Both the position numbers and the translations under genes were made by a program. The notes under the pieces are model-generated. The model was given only the letters and a program-made list of their open reading frames with translations, did not search any database and was not told the origin of the DNA. Below, piece after piece: positions 19,605 through 28,613 of a DNA stretch of 59,345 nucleotides. Source of the stretch: Saprospiraceae bacterium (GTDB lineage: Bacteria > Bacteroidota > Bacteroidia > Chitinophagales > Saprospiraceae); contig JBEQAD010000002.1 of assembly GCA_041640515.1 (NCBI GenBank), forward strand, positions 11,131 through 70,475. Direction: 5' to 3'. How positions within the stretch are numbered: the stretch's first letter is position 1; every line of letters begins with the position of its first letter.

Positions 19605-19612
19605 CAAATGTA
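19605..19612 (-). promoter_or_regulatory. -7 box (TAcaTTTG) upstream of aceE
   Basis: Plus strand reads caaatgta, 30 nt upstream of the aceE ATG at 19575. Confidence 0.45.
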
Positions 19613-19692
19613 GGCTATTCTATCGGGCTGTCCGAGCATCTCCTCTGCGCAGTGCGTTTGGTAGTGCTGTAAAGGACAACAGCCAAAGCGTG

Positions 19693-19700
19693 TACCTTTG
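19693..19700 (+). promoter_or_regulatory. -7 box (TAccTTTG) upstream of the BatA-type gene
   Basis: tacctttg lies 27 nt upstream of the ATG at 19727. Confidence 0.45.
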
Positions 19701-19726
19701 TCGCCCTCTTTAAATACAAGACGCCC

Positions 19727-21790
19727 ATGCAATTCGTCTTTCCTGGCTTTTTGGCTGCCGCTGCGCTCATAGCCATTCCCATCCTCATCCACCTCTTCTA
19801 TTTCCGGCGATTTAAAAAGGTGTATTTCTCGCACGTTCGCTTTCTGAAAGAGGTCAAAGAGGTAACCAACAGCCGGCAGCGGTTGCGCAATTTGCTGGTG
19901 CTGTTGATGCGGTGTCTGGCGTTGATTTTCCTGGTATTGGCTTTTGCCCAGCCTTTTTTGCCGCGCTCATCAGCGGTGAGCCAAGGCCTGCGCGCCGTGT
20001 CGATATATGTGGACAATTCGTTCAGCATGGCTGCGCTAAGTGAGGACGCTCCACTGTTAGAGCTGGCCAAGCAGCGCGCCCGGGAGATTGTGAAGGCATA
20101 TGGCGCGTCTGACCAATTTCAAATTCTTACGGCTGACTTTGAGGGCCGCGACCAGCGCCTCATTAGCCAGGAGGATGCTTTGGCGCGTATCGATGAAATT
20201 CGCATTGGCTCTGCTTCGCGCTCGTTGTCTAAAGTAATACTGCGCCAACAACAATGCCTTTATTCGGGCAAAGCCGAAAACCACGTAGCCTACCTTATTA
20301 GCGATTTCCAAGCCAATCAGGTCGACTTAGCCAACGTGCAGGATACCCTCACGATAATAAACCTGATTCCCTTGCGCGCGGTGCAGGAGAACAATTTGTC
20401 TGTTGACTCGGCCTGGTTTGAAAGCCCAGTACAAATCCTCAACCAGCCAGCAATGCTACTGGTTAAAGTGAGCAACCGCGGTGTGGAGGACGCCGACGAG
20501 GTGCGCCTATCCCTCTATCACGAAGGCCAAGCAAAGCCTGCCGCAGCCCTTCGCCTGCCCGCGCGCAGTACGCGCACCGATACCATCCGCTTCAACATCT
20601 TGCGCCCAGGATGGCACTCTGCCAAATTGACTCTCTCAGACTATCCCGTCCAATTTGACGACGACTACTACCTGACCTTTTATGTCGCTGACCGCATCAA
20701 TGTGCTGTGTATCAATGAACAACAACCTAACCGCTACCTCACCAATGCCTTTGCGGGCGCCGCTTACTTCCGCGTGGACAACGCCGATGTGCGCACCCTG
20801 GATTATTCCCGTTTCGCGGACTATCAGCTCATTATCTTAAATGAACCAACCATCCTCTCTTCTGGCCTGGCGCAAGAGTTGAAAACGTTCGCCCAAAACG
20901 GCGGCAACGTCCTCTTCTTTCCGGCACAAAATGGCGACTTAAATGCCTATAATGGCTTTTTGCAACTTTTTCAGGCCGGCAATTTAGGGGCATATCAACC
21001 CGCAGAGCGCCAGACAGCACAAATCAATACTCAAGAGTTTGTTTTTCGCGATGTCTTCCTGAACGCCAACGCCAACCTGCGATTGCCCACTACCCGTGGC
21101 AACTTCCGCATAGCGCCTGAGCGTGGAGAGCACATCCTGACCTATCGCGACGGCTCGGCCATGCTGGCTAAATATGCTTTAGGAGAGGGTGCCCTCTACT
21201 TATCGGCAGCGCCGCTGGACGAACGCGCCAGCGATTTGGTGCGCCATGGCGAAATTTTCGTGCCGCTGCTATTCAAAACGGCTATTGCTGGCTCCAAAGG
21301 CCGCCAAATAGCTTACACGTTAGGCCGCGATGAGGTGTTGGAAATCCCACACACGGTGTCAGCGGCAGGCGAAATCATTTACAAAATGCGCCGCCGCGCA
21401 GACAATCCAGCTGCAGAGAGCGGTTCTTCCGTTTCCTCCACGCCCGAATTTATTCCCGAGCAACGCATCCTCGGCGCTAAAGCCCTGCTGACTCCGGGAA
21501 CACAGTTAACTGAGGCCGGCTGGTACGAGGTTACCCTGCGCGACTCTGTGACTGCTGTCTTTGCCTACAACTATGACCGCACCGAAAGCGACTTGCGCTG
21601 CCTGTCCGACGAGGATCTGGAGCAACAGCTGGCCGCTAACATGAAAATACTCACCCGCAACGCCAAGGCCGACTTCACAGCCGTCGTCACAGAAGAAGAC
21701 CGCGGGGTAGCGCTGTGGCGCTGGTGCCTGGCCTTTGCTTTGCTGTTTTTAGCCATGGAAACTTTGCTTCTACGCCTTTGGAAGGCTTAA
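19727..21790 (+). CDS. membrane protein with BatA-type N-terminal double-transmembrane anchor
   Basis: 687 aa. MQFVFPGFLAAAALIAIPILIHLFYFRRFKKVYFSHVRFLKEV is the characteristic aerotolerance-type N-terminal motif. There is also a C-terminal TM helix. Confidence 0.7.
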   Translation: MQFVFPGFLAAAALIAIPILIHLFYFRRFKKVYFSHVRFLKEVKEVTNSRQRLRNLLVLLMRCLALIFLVLAFAQPFLPRSSAVSQGLRAVSIYVDNSFSMAALSEDAPLLELAKQRAREIVKAYGASDQFQILTADFEGRDQRLISQEDALARIDEIRIGSASRSLSKVILRQQQCLYSGKAENHVAYLISDFQANQVDLANVQDTLTIINLIPLRAVQENNLSVDSAWFESPVQILNQPAMLLVKVSNRGVEDADEVRLSLYHEGQAKPAAALRLPARSTRTDTIRFNILRPGWHSAKLTLSDYPVQFDDDYYLTFYVADRINVLCINEQQPNRYLTNAFAGAAYFRVDNADVRTLDYSRFADYQLIILNEPTILSSGLAQELKTFAQNGGNVLFFPAQNGDLNAYNGFLQLFQAGNLGAYQPAERQTAQINTQEFVFRDVFLNANANLRLPTTRGNFRIAPERGEHILTYRDGSAMLAKYALGEGALYLSAAPLDERASDLVRHGEIFVPLLFKTAIAGSKGRQIAYTLGRDEVLEIPHTVSAAGEIIYKMRRRADNPAAESGSSVSSTPEFIPEQRILGAKALLTPGTQLTEAGWYEVTLRDSVTAVFAYNYDRTESDLRCLSDEDLEQQLAANMKILTRNAKADFTAVVTEEDRGVALWRWCLAFALLFLAMETLLLRLWKA

Positions 21791-21832
21791 AAAAATCGGT
21801 GTTAGCCGTTGCTTTTTACTCATTAGCCGCTA

Positions 21833-21840
21833 TAACTTTG
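21833..21840 (+). promoter_or_regulatory. -7 box (TAacTTTG) upstream of tRNA-His
   Basis: taactttg ends 14 nt before the first tRNA base. Confidence 0.5.
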
Positions 21841-21853
21841 CCTTCCCTTTTAC

Positions 21854-21928
21854 GGAGGCTGTAGCTCAGTCGGTTAGAGCATCAGATTGTGGTTCTGAGG
21901 GTCGAGGGTTCGAGTCCCTTCAGCCTCC
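21854..21928 (+). tRNA. tRNA-His (anticodon GTG)
   Basis: Hand-folded cloverleaf: g|gaggctg|ta|gctc|agtcggtta|gagc|a|tcaga|ttGTGgt|tctga|gggtc|gaggg|ttcgagt|ccctt|cagcctc|c. The genome-encoded G-1 pairs with C73, a His identity feature. CCA is not encoded. Confidence 0.9.
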
Positions 21929-21933
21929 CTGCG

Positions 21934-21978
21934 GAGCAGGCTGCTCGAGCGATAAGCGCGAACAGCCTGCTCTTTTTG
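21934..21978 (+). terminator. intrinsic terminator after tRNA-His
   Basis: gagcaggctg (21934-21943) pairs with cagcctgctc (21963-21972), followed by TTTTT. Confidence 0.75.
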
Positions 21979-22022
21979 AGTAGGCCGCTCATCAAGGGTC
22001 GCCGGGTGGTCGTGGGGCTGTG

Positions 22023-22030
22023 TACTTTTG
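22023..22030 (+). promoter_or_regulatory. -7 box (TActTTTG)
   Basis: tacttttg lies 25 nt upstream of the ATG at 22055. Confidence 0.45.
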
Positions 22031-22054
22031 CCTCTATCGTCAACCTGTTTACGC

Positions 22055-23302
22055 ATGTTTAAGATGATGTATTGGTGGCCCTCTTTAGTGCTGATTTTTC
22101 TTGCTTCACCGCGTCTGATAGCTCAAAAGAAATTTGAGTTTCCGGAGGCTGTGCCAGGGCGTTGTTATGTGCAATGCCTAATGCCCGACCGCTACGAATT
22201 GGTCTCTGAAAACATCGTCTTGCGGCCAGAACACGACGAGCAGATAGCCATTCCTCCGCGTTTCGAAACTCGAATGGACAGCTACGTGGTGCGCCAGGCA
22301 TATGTTCGGCTTCACCCCATTGGCCCAGAGTGGGACGAAGAAGAGGTGCGTTTGCGCATTTCTCCGGCTGGCCGCCAAGCGGCACCCAGCGCGTACATGG
22401 CTGTGCAAGACACCTTCTGGATACGACCGCCCGTACGGGTGTATTCCGTGACGGAGCCGGTATGGGAGACGGTACAAGAGGCGGTAGAGGTGGAGCCTGC
22501 GCATCAAAACGTCGAGGTTTTGCCCGTAAAATATCGATGGGAGCCGCAGCCGGTCATGGTGCGTCCGCCCAGCCGGCGATGGGTGCGCAAAAAACCCGAA
22601 AAAGGCTGTCTGGATGCCGACCCAGACAACTGCGCCGTTTGGTGTCTGGTAGAGACGCCTGCGCAATACCAAACCATCTACCGGCAGGAGCCTGTGGGCT
22701 GCGACAGCGAAGACCCCGACGACTGCGTGCGATACTTCATGGTGCCAGCCAAAACGGTGCTCAAACCCGTAGAGCGCGTTAAAGAGCCTGCTCGAGCTGT
22801 AGAGCGCACAGAGCCGGGCGCCTTTCAACTGATTACGCGCTGGCAACTGCGCCCTGGTGAAAGCGAACCGCCCGTACCTCCAGGTGCTCAAGACGAGTAC
22901 CTGACGCTACGCCGCAGAGTGCTCCGAAGAGAGGCTCACATCAAGGCCGACACGGTGCCTGCCGTATACGCTCCCATCCAACGCAAAGTGCTTATTAGCC
23001 ACGGCATGCTGGAGGAGCGACGCATGCCTGCTGAGTATACTACCGTCTTAAAGCGCAAACTGGTAGTGCCGGGGGGCTATTGGTTCTGGCGAGAAGTATT
23101 CTGCGAGGAAAAAATCGCTCAGCTCAACATTCGCCAAATTCAGGAGGTGCTCAAAGTGCGCGGCTACTATAAAGGGCGCATAGACGGCGTGCTCAACGAG
23201 CAAACCCGGGCGGCCATCAGCCAGTTCCAATTAGAAAACGACTTGCCTGCCGATGGCAACTTAGATATTGAAACCCTATTAGCTCTTGGCATTGGCGGCT
23301 AA
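22055..23302 (+). CDS. secreted protein with C-terminal peptidoglycan-binding (PG_binding_1-like) domain
   Basis: Signal peptide MFKMMYWWPSLVLIFLASPRLIAQ. The C-terminus IRQIQEVLKVRGYYKGRIDGVLNEQTRAAISQFQLENDLPADGNLDIETL matches the PG-binding helical repeat. Confidence 0.75.
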   Translation: MFKMMYWWPSLVLIFLASPRLIAQKKFEFPEAVPGRCYVQCLMPDRYELVSENIVLRPEHDEQIAIPPRFETRMDSYVVRQAYVRLHPIGPEWDEEEVRLRISPAGRQAAPSAYMAVQDTFWIRPPVRVYSVTEPVWETVQEAVEVEPAHQNVEVLPVKYRWEPQPVMVRPPSRRWVRKKPEKGCLDADPDNCAVWCLVETPAQYQTIYRQEPVGCDSEDPDDCVRYFMVPAKTVLKPVERVKEPARAVERTEPGAFQLITRWQLRPGESEPPVPPGAQDEYLTLRRRVLRREAHIKADTVPAVYAPIQRKVLISHGMLEERRMPAEYTTVLKRKLVVPGGYWFWREVFCEEKIAQLNIRQIQEVLKVRGYYKGRIDGVLNEQTRAAISQFQLENDLPADGNLDIETLLALGIGG

Positions 23303-23363
23303 CGCTTCACGACAGGCAACCTTTCTAAGGTTTCTGCGTTTGGCCAAACGGAACGGTTCTTCT

Positions 23364-25142
23364 ATGAAAGCAGAAAGCACCTCTATTACCTCCTCTCGCC
23401 TCTCGGTTTTTCGCCATCTCATAGGTCTAGTCAGGCCATACCGGAGAGTAATGCTGTTGACTGCCTCTCTGACGGTAGTGCTGGCCCTGTTAGCGGTTGC
23501 GCGCCCTCGATTGCTTCAGGTCATGATAGACGACTATGTGTTCCGCAGTGACATTGGCGGCATGGCTAAGGTAGCGGCGCTTATTGCCGGGTTGCTGTTG
23601 GTGGAGGTGGTGCTGCGGTACATATTCCTTTACTACACCGATTGGTTAGGGCAAATGATTGTCCGCAATCTGCGGGTACGCGTGTTCAACCACCTGCTTC
23701 GCCTTGATCTTTCGTATTTCGACCGCACTCCTGTAGGACAGAGTACTACGCGCACCATCAATGATATTGAGGCCATCAACACGGTTTTTGCCGAAGGCAG
23801 CATAACCATCCTGGCCGACCTGCTGGCCATCTCTGCGGTACTAGGCATGATGTTCTACACTTCCTGGAAGCTTTCTCTTGTCGTACTGACGGCTTTCCCC
23901 CTGCTGTTATGGGGCAGTTATCGGTTCAAGGAGAGCGTCCGCCAAAGCTATGAAAAGGTGCGCAATCACATTGCTGCAATGAATAGTTTCCTGCAAGAGC
24001 GCATTAGCGGCATGCGCACAGTGCAGATATTCAACGCCGAAGAGCAAGAATCCCAGAAGTTTAGACAGATAAACCGTGCCTATACCGAGGCCAACTTGCG
24101 CTCCATCCTAGCTTACGCCATCTTCTTCCCTGTAGTGGACATCATCTCGGCGCTATCATTAGGCTTACTGGTGTGGTATGGTGCTCGTGGTGTGCTTTCT
24201 GAAGAAGTAACCATTGGCGCATTGGTTGCCTTTCCTCTGTACATCAGTATGTTATACAGGCCTATCCGGATGTTAGCTGATAAGTTCAACACTCTGCAAA
24301 TGGGCCTCATTGCTGCTGAGCGAGTGTTTCTGTTGTTAGAAAACAAAGGTAGCGCTGCCAATAAGGGGCATATCCTGCCGGAGCGCCTACGCGGAGAAGT
24401 AGAGTTTGAGCACGTGTGGTTTTCTTACACCGGGCACATGGACGAGGCGGTACTCAAGGACGTGTCCTTTCGCATCGAGCCTGGCGAAACCCTAGCTATC
24501 GTAGGCAGCACGGGCAGCGGCAAAACAACCATCATCAGTCTGCTCAACCGCTTTTATGAGATTCAGTCGGGCAGTATCCGCATTGATGGGCGACAACTAC
24601 ACGAGTACGACCTCTACGCTTTGCGCCGGCGCATGGCCGTGGTCTTGCAAGACCCATTCCTCTTCTCTGGTACTGTGCTGGAAAACATTACCCTTCGCAA
24701 CTCCGATCTTTCAGAAGAGGTGGTGATCGAAGCCGCCCAGACCATTGGCGCCCATGAGTTTATCATGCGGCTACCTGGCGGATATCAATACGAAGTGCGG
24801 GAACGCGGCCAGGCCCTTTCTATGGGGCAGCGTCAGTTGATAGCATTTGTGCGAGCCTTGGTATTCAACCCCGATATCCTTATCCTCGACGAGGCAACCT
24901 CATCCATCGATCCAGAGACGGAAAGCGTCATCCAGTACGCCATCGAGCGGCTCATTGCGCGACGCACCAGCATCGTCATCGCTCACCGCCTTTCCACTGT
25001 GCGACACGCTAAGAACATCTTAGTACTCGAACGCGGTGAAGTACGCGAATTTGGGCCACCCGACGAGTTGCTCTCCAAAGAGGGCGGCCGTTACCGCGAG
25101 CTATACGAGAAGCAATTTGTCGCCTCCACCCCTCAAGCTTGA
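23364..25142 (+). CDS. ABC transporter, fused permease/ATPase (MsbA-like exporter)
   Basis: Six-TM domain, then Walker A GSTGSGKTT, signature LSMGQRQ and Walker B ILILDEATS. Confidence 0.9.
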   Translation: MKAESTSITSSRLSVFRHLIGLVRPYRRVMLLTASLTVVLALLAVARPRLLQVMIDDYVFRSDIGGMAKVAALIAGLLLVEVVLRYIFLYYTDWLGQMIVRNLRVRVFNHLLRLDLSYFDRTPVGQSTTRTINDIEAINTVFAEGSITILADLLAISAVLGMMFYTSWKLSLVVLTAFPLLLWGSYRFKESVRQSYEKVRNHIAAMNSFLQERISGMRTVQIFNAEEQESQKFRQINRAYTEANLRSILAYAIFFPVVDIISALSLGLLVWYGARGVLSEEVTIGALVAFPLYISMLYRPIRMLADKFNTLQMGLIAAERVFLLLENKGSAANKGHILPERLRGEVEFEHVWFSYTGHMDEAVLKDVSFRIEPGETLAIVGSTGSGKTTIISLLNRFYEIQSGSIRIDGRQLHEYDLYALRRRMAVVLQDPFLFSGTVLENITLRNSDLSEEVVIEAAQTIGAHEFIMRLPGGYQYEVRERGQALSMGQRQLIAFVRALVFNPDILILDEATSSIDPETESVIQYAIERLIARRTSIVIAHRLSTVRHAKNILVLERGEVREFGPPDELLSKEGGRYRELYEKQFVASTPQA

Positions 25143-25154
25143 TGCACCAAGCAC

Positions 25155-26054
25155 TCACGCCCGCTTGCTCACTATTCGGTTAGAGATGATGCCAAACAAA
25201 CAAGCTGTCCAGAACGAGTAGGAGGAATACACCAGCGCGGGCTTGACCATCTCCTGACTACCGAGCAAGACGCTGGCAATGAGAAAGGAGAGTGTAGTGT
25301 TTTGCACGCCACATTCAAAAGCGGCTGTCAAACGCGAAGGATGCGGCTGGCCGGTGCTGCGCAGGAAAAAATAGCCGAAAAACAGACTGGCTGCGTTCTG
25401 CACCAGCGCCACCGGTGTGATGGTCAGAAAGTCGTCCAAGGTTAGCCCTGCACCACCGTGCTGTTCGCCTGCAAACATCTTGATAAAGAAGACAATGGCC
25501 AACAGCGTAAGCATAAGGTAGCGCGCTGGCCGGCTAACACGCTGTGCGAAATGGGGGAAACGGTGGCGCACTATCACTCCTAACGCCGCAGGCACGATGG
25601 TAATAAAGAAGACTTGCCGCACAGTTTCCCAAAACGGCAGGTGCAGCTCGGTGCTTTTGCCCAAAAAAAATTGCAGTGCCGCATTAACTACTACCGGGAT
25701 GGTGAAAAGCGTCAGGAAGCTGTTGGTTGCCGTCAGAGAAAGGGAAAGAGCCACGTTCCCCCGCCACAAATAGGTCAAAAAGCCCGAGGTGGCGCCTCCT
25801 GGGCTAGCGCTCAGAATGAGGAAACCCACCTTTAGCACCGGCGAAATACGAGCAAGCAGGTTAATGAGAAAGGCCAACAACGGCAGTCCTATCATTTGGG
25901 CGGATAAGGCGGAAAAGTACGCCCGCGGATAGCGCACAATGCGCATAAAATCATCCACCGTAAGCGTCAGCCCTACGCCAAACATAATCAGGGCAAGTAC
26001 GGCGCTGACAGCCAGGTCAACAATTTGTGTCGGGGCTAAGGCGAGCAAAAACAT
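25155..26054 (-). CDS. bile acid:sodium symporter (BASS) family transporter
   Basis: 299 aa polytopic membrane protein whose layout is typical of the SBF-like family. Confidence 0.8.
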   Translation of the reverse strand: MFLLALAPTQIVDLAVSAVLALIMFGVGLTLTVDDFMRIVRYPRAYFSALSAQMIGLPLLAFLINLLARISPVLKVGFLILSASPGGATSGFLTYLWRGNVALSLSLTATNSFLTLFTIPVVVNAALQFFLGKSTELHLPFWETVRQVFFITIVPAALGVIVRHRFPHFAQRVSRPARYLMLTLLAIVFFIKMFAGEQHGGAGLTLDDFLTITPVALVQNAASLFFGYFFLRSTGQPHPSRLTAAFECGVQNTTLSFLIASVLLGSQEMVKPALVYSSYSFWTACLFGIISNRIVSKRA

Positions 26055-26068
26055 GAAACATTTGCCAG

Positions 26069-26076
26069 CAAAAGTA
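26069..26076 (-). promoter_or_regulatory. -7 box (TActTTTG) upstream of the BASS gene
   Basis: Plus strand reads caaaagta, 15 nt upstream of the ATG at 26054. This implies a very short leader. Confidence 0.4.
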
Positions 26077-26121
26077 GCAGGCGCTCCTCTTTTATTTTAC
26101 ACGCAAAATCAAGCGGCCAGG

Positions 26122-27207
26122 TTATTCCTCTTCCGCCCACATAGCTCCGTATTGCTCCACCAATAAATTGTCGTAATAGTCTGCTCTTTGAAGCAACAAC
26201 TGAAGAGTAGCGGTGCCGTTGTCTTCCGTGAGGTAATGCTCAACAACAAGAAGCGATAGGAAGATGTTTTGCTCGTAGACCGATAAGGTCAGCCATTGTA
26301 AGGTGTAATTTTCGCGGAGGAGATATTCGTACAGCGGTTTAATATTTTGCTGTGGAAGCCGACACAACAGAGCATCAGCGGAAATCATGCCGTTAGCAGC
26401 GTGGTAGGTCAGGCGTATTTTGGCACTGCCATGTCTGAGTTCCCATTGGTGCGGGCCACTCCGGCTCAGGGCAACATGGAAGCCAAGCCGCTGGATGATG
26501 GACTCTATGACGCGCGGCACGCCCGTAGGCTGGTATTCTTCTACAGAGGCGGGCAGTTGCACGCGTTGACCGCAATGGCTGCAAAAGCTGCGCTCTACCG
26601 TTTCCTCATTCACCACGTTAAGGCAAGCCGGGCAGCGACACGTGTTCTCGGAATGGGCAGCTTTAAAGGCATTTAAAGCCTCCAGGAGAAACTTCGCTGG
26701 CAGTGAAAAGCCCATACCGTCGCCATCGCGCAAGATAAAGGTATTGAGCCCCAGCACCCGCCCTTCTTTATCCACCAGAGGCCCCCCCGAGTTGCCCGGG
26801 TTCAACGCCGCGTCAATGTGCAAGTAAGGAACACCGTTCACGACCTCGTGCGCATTGGAGATGATGCCGCTTTTGACGGAAAACTTCAGCCCAAAAGGAT
26901 GCCCAATGGCCATCACGGCATCGCGCTCGCGTATGGGCTGATCGGCTCCCAGGTGTACCGCCGGCAAGTCGGGGCAGTCTTTTGGAGGGCTTAAAAAGGC
27001 GAGGTCGTATTTAGGGTCGAGATACTGTACGGTCGCTAGTTGTTTAGCAAAGCGCCTGCCCTCAATGACGACGCGCCGGTTGCCCTCCACAACATGGTGA
27101 TTGGTGACAATAACGTCCCATTCCTTGAGGTAAAAACCCGTGCCTGTGCAAAGAGGCGTGGCAATCTGGACAATGACATCGCGGTAGTTATCCATGAAGT
27201 CGGTCAT
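26122..27207 (-). CDS. cytoplasmic trypsin-like (S1) serine protease fused to a zinc ribbon and a YbjN-like C-terminal domain
   Basis: No signal peptide. Catalytic triad candidates are TNHHV (His), YDLAFL (Asp) and GNSGGPL (Ser). These are followed by CRCPAC-x15-CSHC and then a ~130-aa domain with a YbjN/T3SS-chaperone-like pattern. I chose the ATG at 27207. The track's 27231 is a TTG. Confidence 0.8.
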   Translation of the reverse strand: MTDFMDNYRDVIVQIATPLCTGTGFYLKEWDVIVTNHHVVEGNRRVVIEGRRFAKQLATVQYLDPKYDLAFLSPPKDCPDLPAVHLGADQPIRERDAVMAIGHPFGLKFSVKSGIISNAHEVVNGVPYLHIDAALNPGNSGGPLVDKEGRVLGLNTFILRDGDGMGFSLPAKFLLEALNAFKAAHSENTCRCPACLNVVNEETVERSFCSHCGQRVQLPASVEEYQPTGVPRVIESIIQRLGFHVALSRSGPHQWELRHGSAKIRLTYHAANGMISADALLCRLPQQNIKPLYEYLLRENYTLQWLTLSVYEQNIFLSLLVVEHYLTEDNGTATLQLLLQRADYYDNLLVEQYGAMWAEEE

Positions 27208-27220
27208 AAGGCAGGGAGCA

Positions 27221-28540
27221 TTATTTTGCAAGATTAAGACGGCTAATCATCTCCAAAAATGTCTTGCTAAACCGCAGCAAGGAAGAAAAGTCTAAACGTT
27301 TGACTTGCGGTTGGAAATTGGGATATTCAGACCGATTGCGGCGGACAATCTCCTCCACGGCTTGGAGAAGATACCCTTTGTCCATCTGGCCGTTGGGCTT
27401 GACCCACACTGGTAACCCTAAGGCTCTGAAAAACTCCGGCTCAGTAGCGCGCATAAATAGGCGGAGCAATTCATATACGGGTTTGGGCGGCACATATTGG
27501 AACAGCGTGCGACCAACGATGTACCGCGGTACCGCCATAGCCAGAGCATTATAACCTTTTTCTAAAGGCAAATTCATGGCACTCAGCTCATTGTCTATTA
27601 CCTGCACTAAGCGATCGAACGGCGTGGGCAAGGCAATACCAAACGTACTTTCCGTGCGATACAATTCAGCCAACACTTGCTCCCGCGGGCGGTCGAGAAT
27701 CTTTTGCAGTTCCCGGCGCAACATCTGCACCCTCGCGCTCACATCGCGCTCGGCCTGTGATTGAGCAAAATACGCCCGTGAGGCGCGCTCCAACACGTCC
27801 ATAACAAAGCCCTCAGGACGCACTAAATAGTCGATCCGATAGATGAGCGCAAGCAGAAGGTAGGCGTACCACACGGGATGCTGCCCAGGGTCTGGATCAC
27901 CTTTGTCCATCCATTCGAATGCCTGGCGTATCTGCTGGCACATAAATAGGTATTTGGCCTCTTTCTCCGCCTGCGGGATCGGCTTGCTTTCGGCATTTGA
28001 GCGCACCAAAACACAGAACTCGTCTACCAGCAGGTCGTCGTGCTTGTCGGCCCAGATGGCCAATTCGCGCAGCGCACGCGACAGCCGAATGGGTGAGGCA
28101 TCGGCAGCTGGTGTGTCGAAGCAAAGAACGAGTGCATTGTTAGGCGACAGGGCAAAGCGGCAGAAGTTGAGTTGGAAATTAAACTCCATGAGGCGGCGCA
28201 TAAAGCCCACGCTCAAGGTTTCCGCCTGGGCCAGCGTGCTTTCAGCGCGTACGCGCTCAGGGGTGATTTGTCCGACAATGCGCTGCGAGCCTTGCAGTAG
28301 CGAAAACCGGATGCCCTCCTCCGAACCTTCCCATTGCACATTTTGCCGTGTATCATCGCGCAGGTAGTGCAAGAGTGCTTCTCCAGCCTCTACCACTTGG
28401 CCCTTCTTGTAGCAGGCCTGTGCGCGCTCCCAATTCGCTAGTTGTTTTTCTGTCTTGAATGCATCCGTGTAACGACCTAGCAGCAGGTCAGGCGGATCGG
28501 GCTTTGCCTTGGGCAAGAAAAGGCGCGCTAAAAAATTCAC
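27221..28540 (-). CDS. hypothetical protein: N-terminal YbjN-like domain plus a ~250-aa helical domain of unknown function
   Basis: IRFSLLQGSQRIVGQI...GFMRRLMEFNFQLNFCRFALSPNNALVLCFDTPAADASPIRLSRALRELAIWADKHDDLL resembles the YbjN fold pattern. I chose the GTG start at 28540 because a canonical -7 box lies at 28583-28576. The track start at 28789 would overlap the divergent GSCFA gene. Confidence 0.6.
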   Translation of the reverse strand: MNFLARLFLPKAKPDPPDLLLGRYTDAFKTEKQLANWERAQACYKKGQVVEAGEALLHYLRDDTRQNVQWEGSEEGIRFSLLQGSQRIVGQITPERVRAESTLAQAETLSVGFMRRLMEFNFQLNFCRFALSPNNALVLCFDTPAADASPIRLSRALRELAIWADKHDDLLVDEFCVLVRSNAESKPIPQAEKEAKYLFMCQQIRQAFEWMDKGDPDPGQHPVWYAYLLLALIYRIDYLVRPEGFVMDVLERASRAYFAQSQAERDVSARVQMLRRELQKILDRPREQVLAELYRTESTFGIALPTPFDRLVQVIDNELSAMNLPLEKGYNALAMAVPRYIVGRTLFQYVPPKPVYELLRLFMRATEPEFFRALGLPVWVKPNGQMDKGYLLQAVEEIVRRNRSEYPNFQPQVKRLDFSSLLRFSKTFLEMISRLNLAK

Positions 28541-28575
28541 GAAGCGTCCGGTGTTTTTTCGGTCAGCGGTAGCGG

Positions 28576-28583
28576 CAAAAGTA
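28576..28583 (-). promoter_or_regulatory. -7 box (TActTTTG) for the YbjN-partner / protease operon
   Basis: Plus strand reads caaaagta, 36 nt upstream of the GTG at 28540. Confidence 0.4.
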
Positions 28584-28613
28584 GCATGTTTGCCCAGAAA
28601 AGATTGGACTCGG

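Noticed and set aside
22178-22891. 237-aa minus-strand ORF. The same reasoning applies to 17803..18477 (+), 43249..43845 (+), 3011..3508 (-) and 45003..45419 (-).
   Set aside because: All are antisense to genes with clear family motifs. They have no independent start context and a biased amino-acid composition.
21854-23302. tRNA-His as an integration site for a genomic island
   Set aside because: There is no integrase, recombinase or phage gene on either side. I noticed no repeat of the tRNA 3' end, and the flanking genes are ordinary envelope and housekeeping genes.
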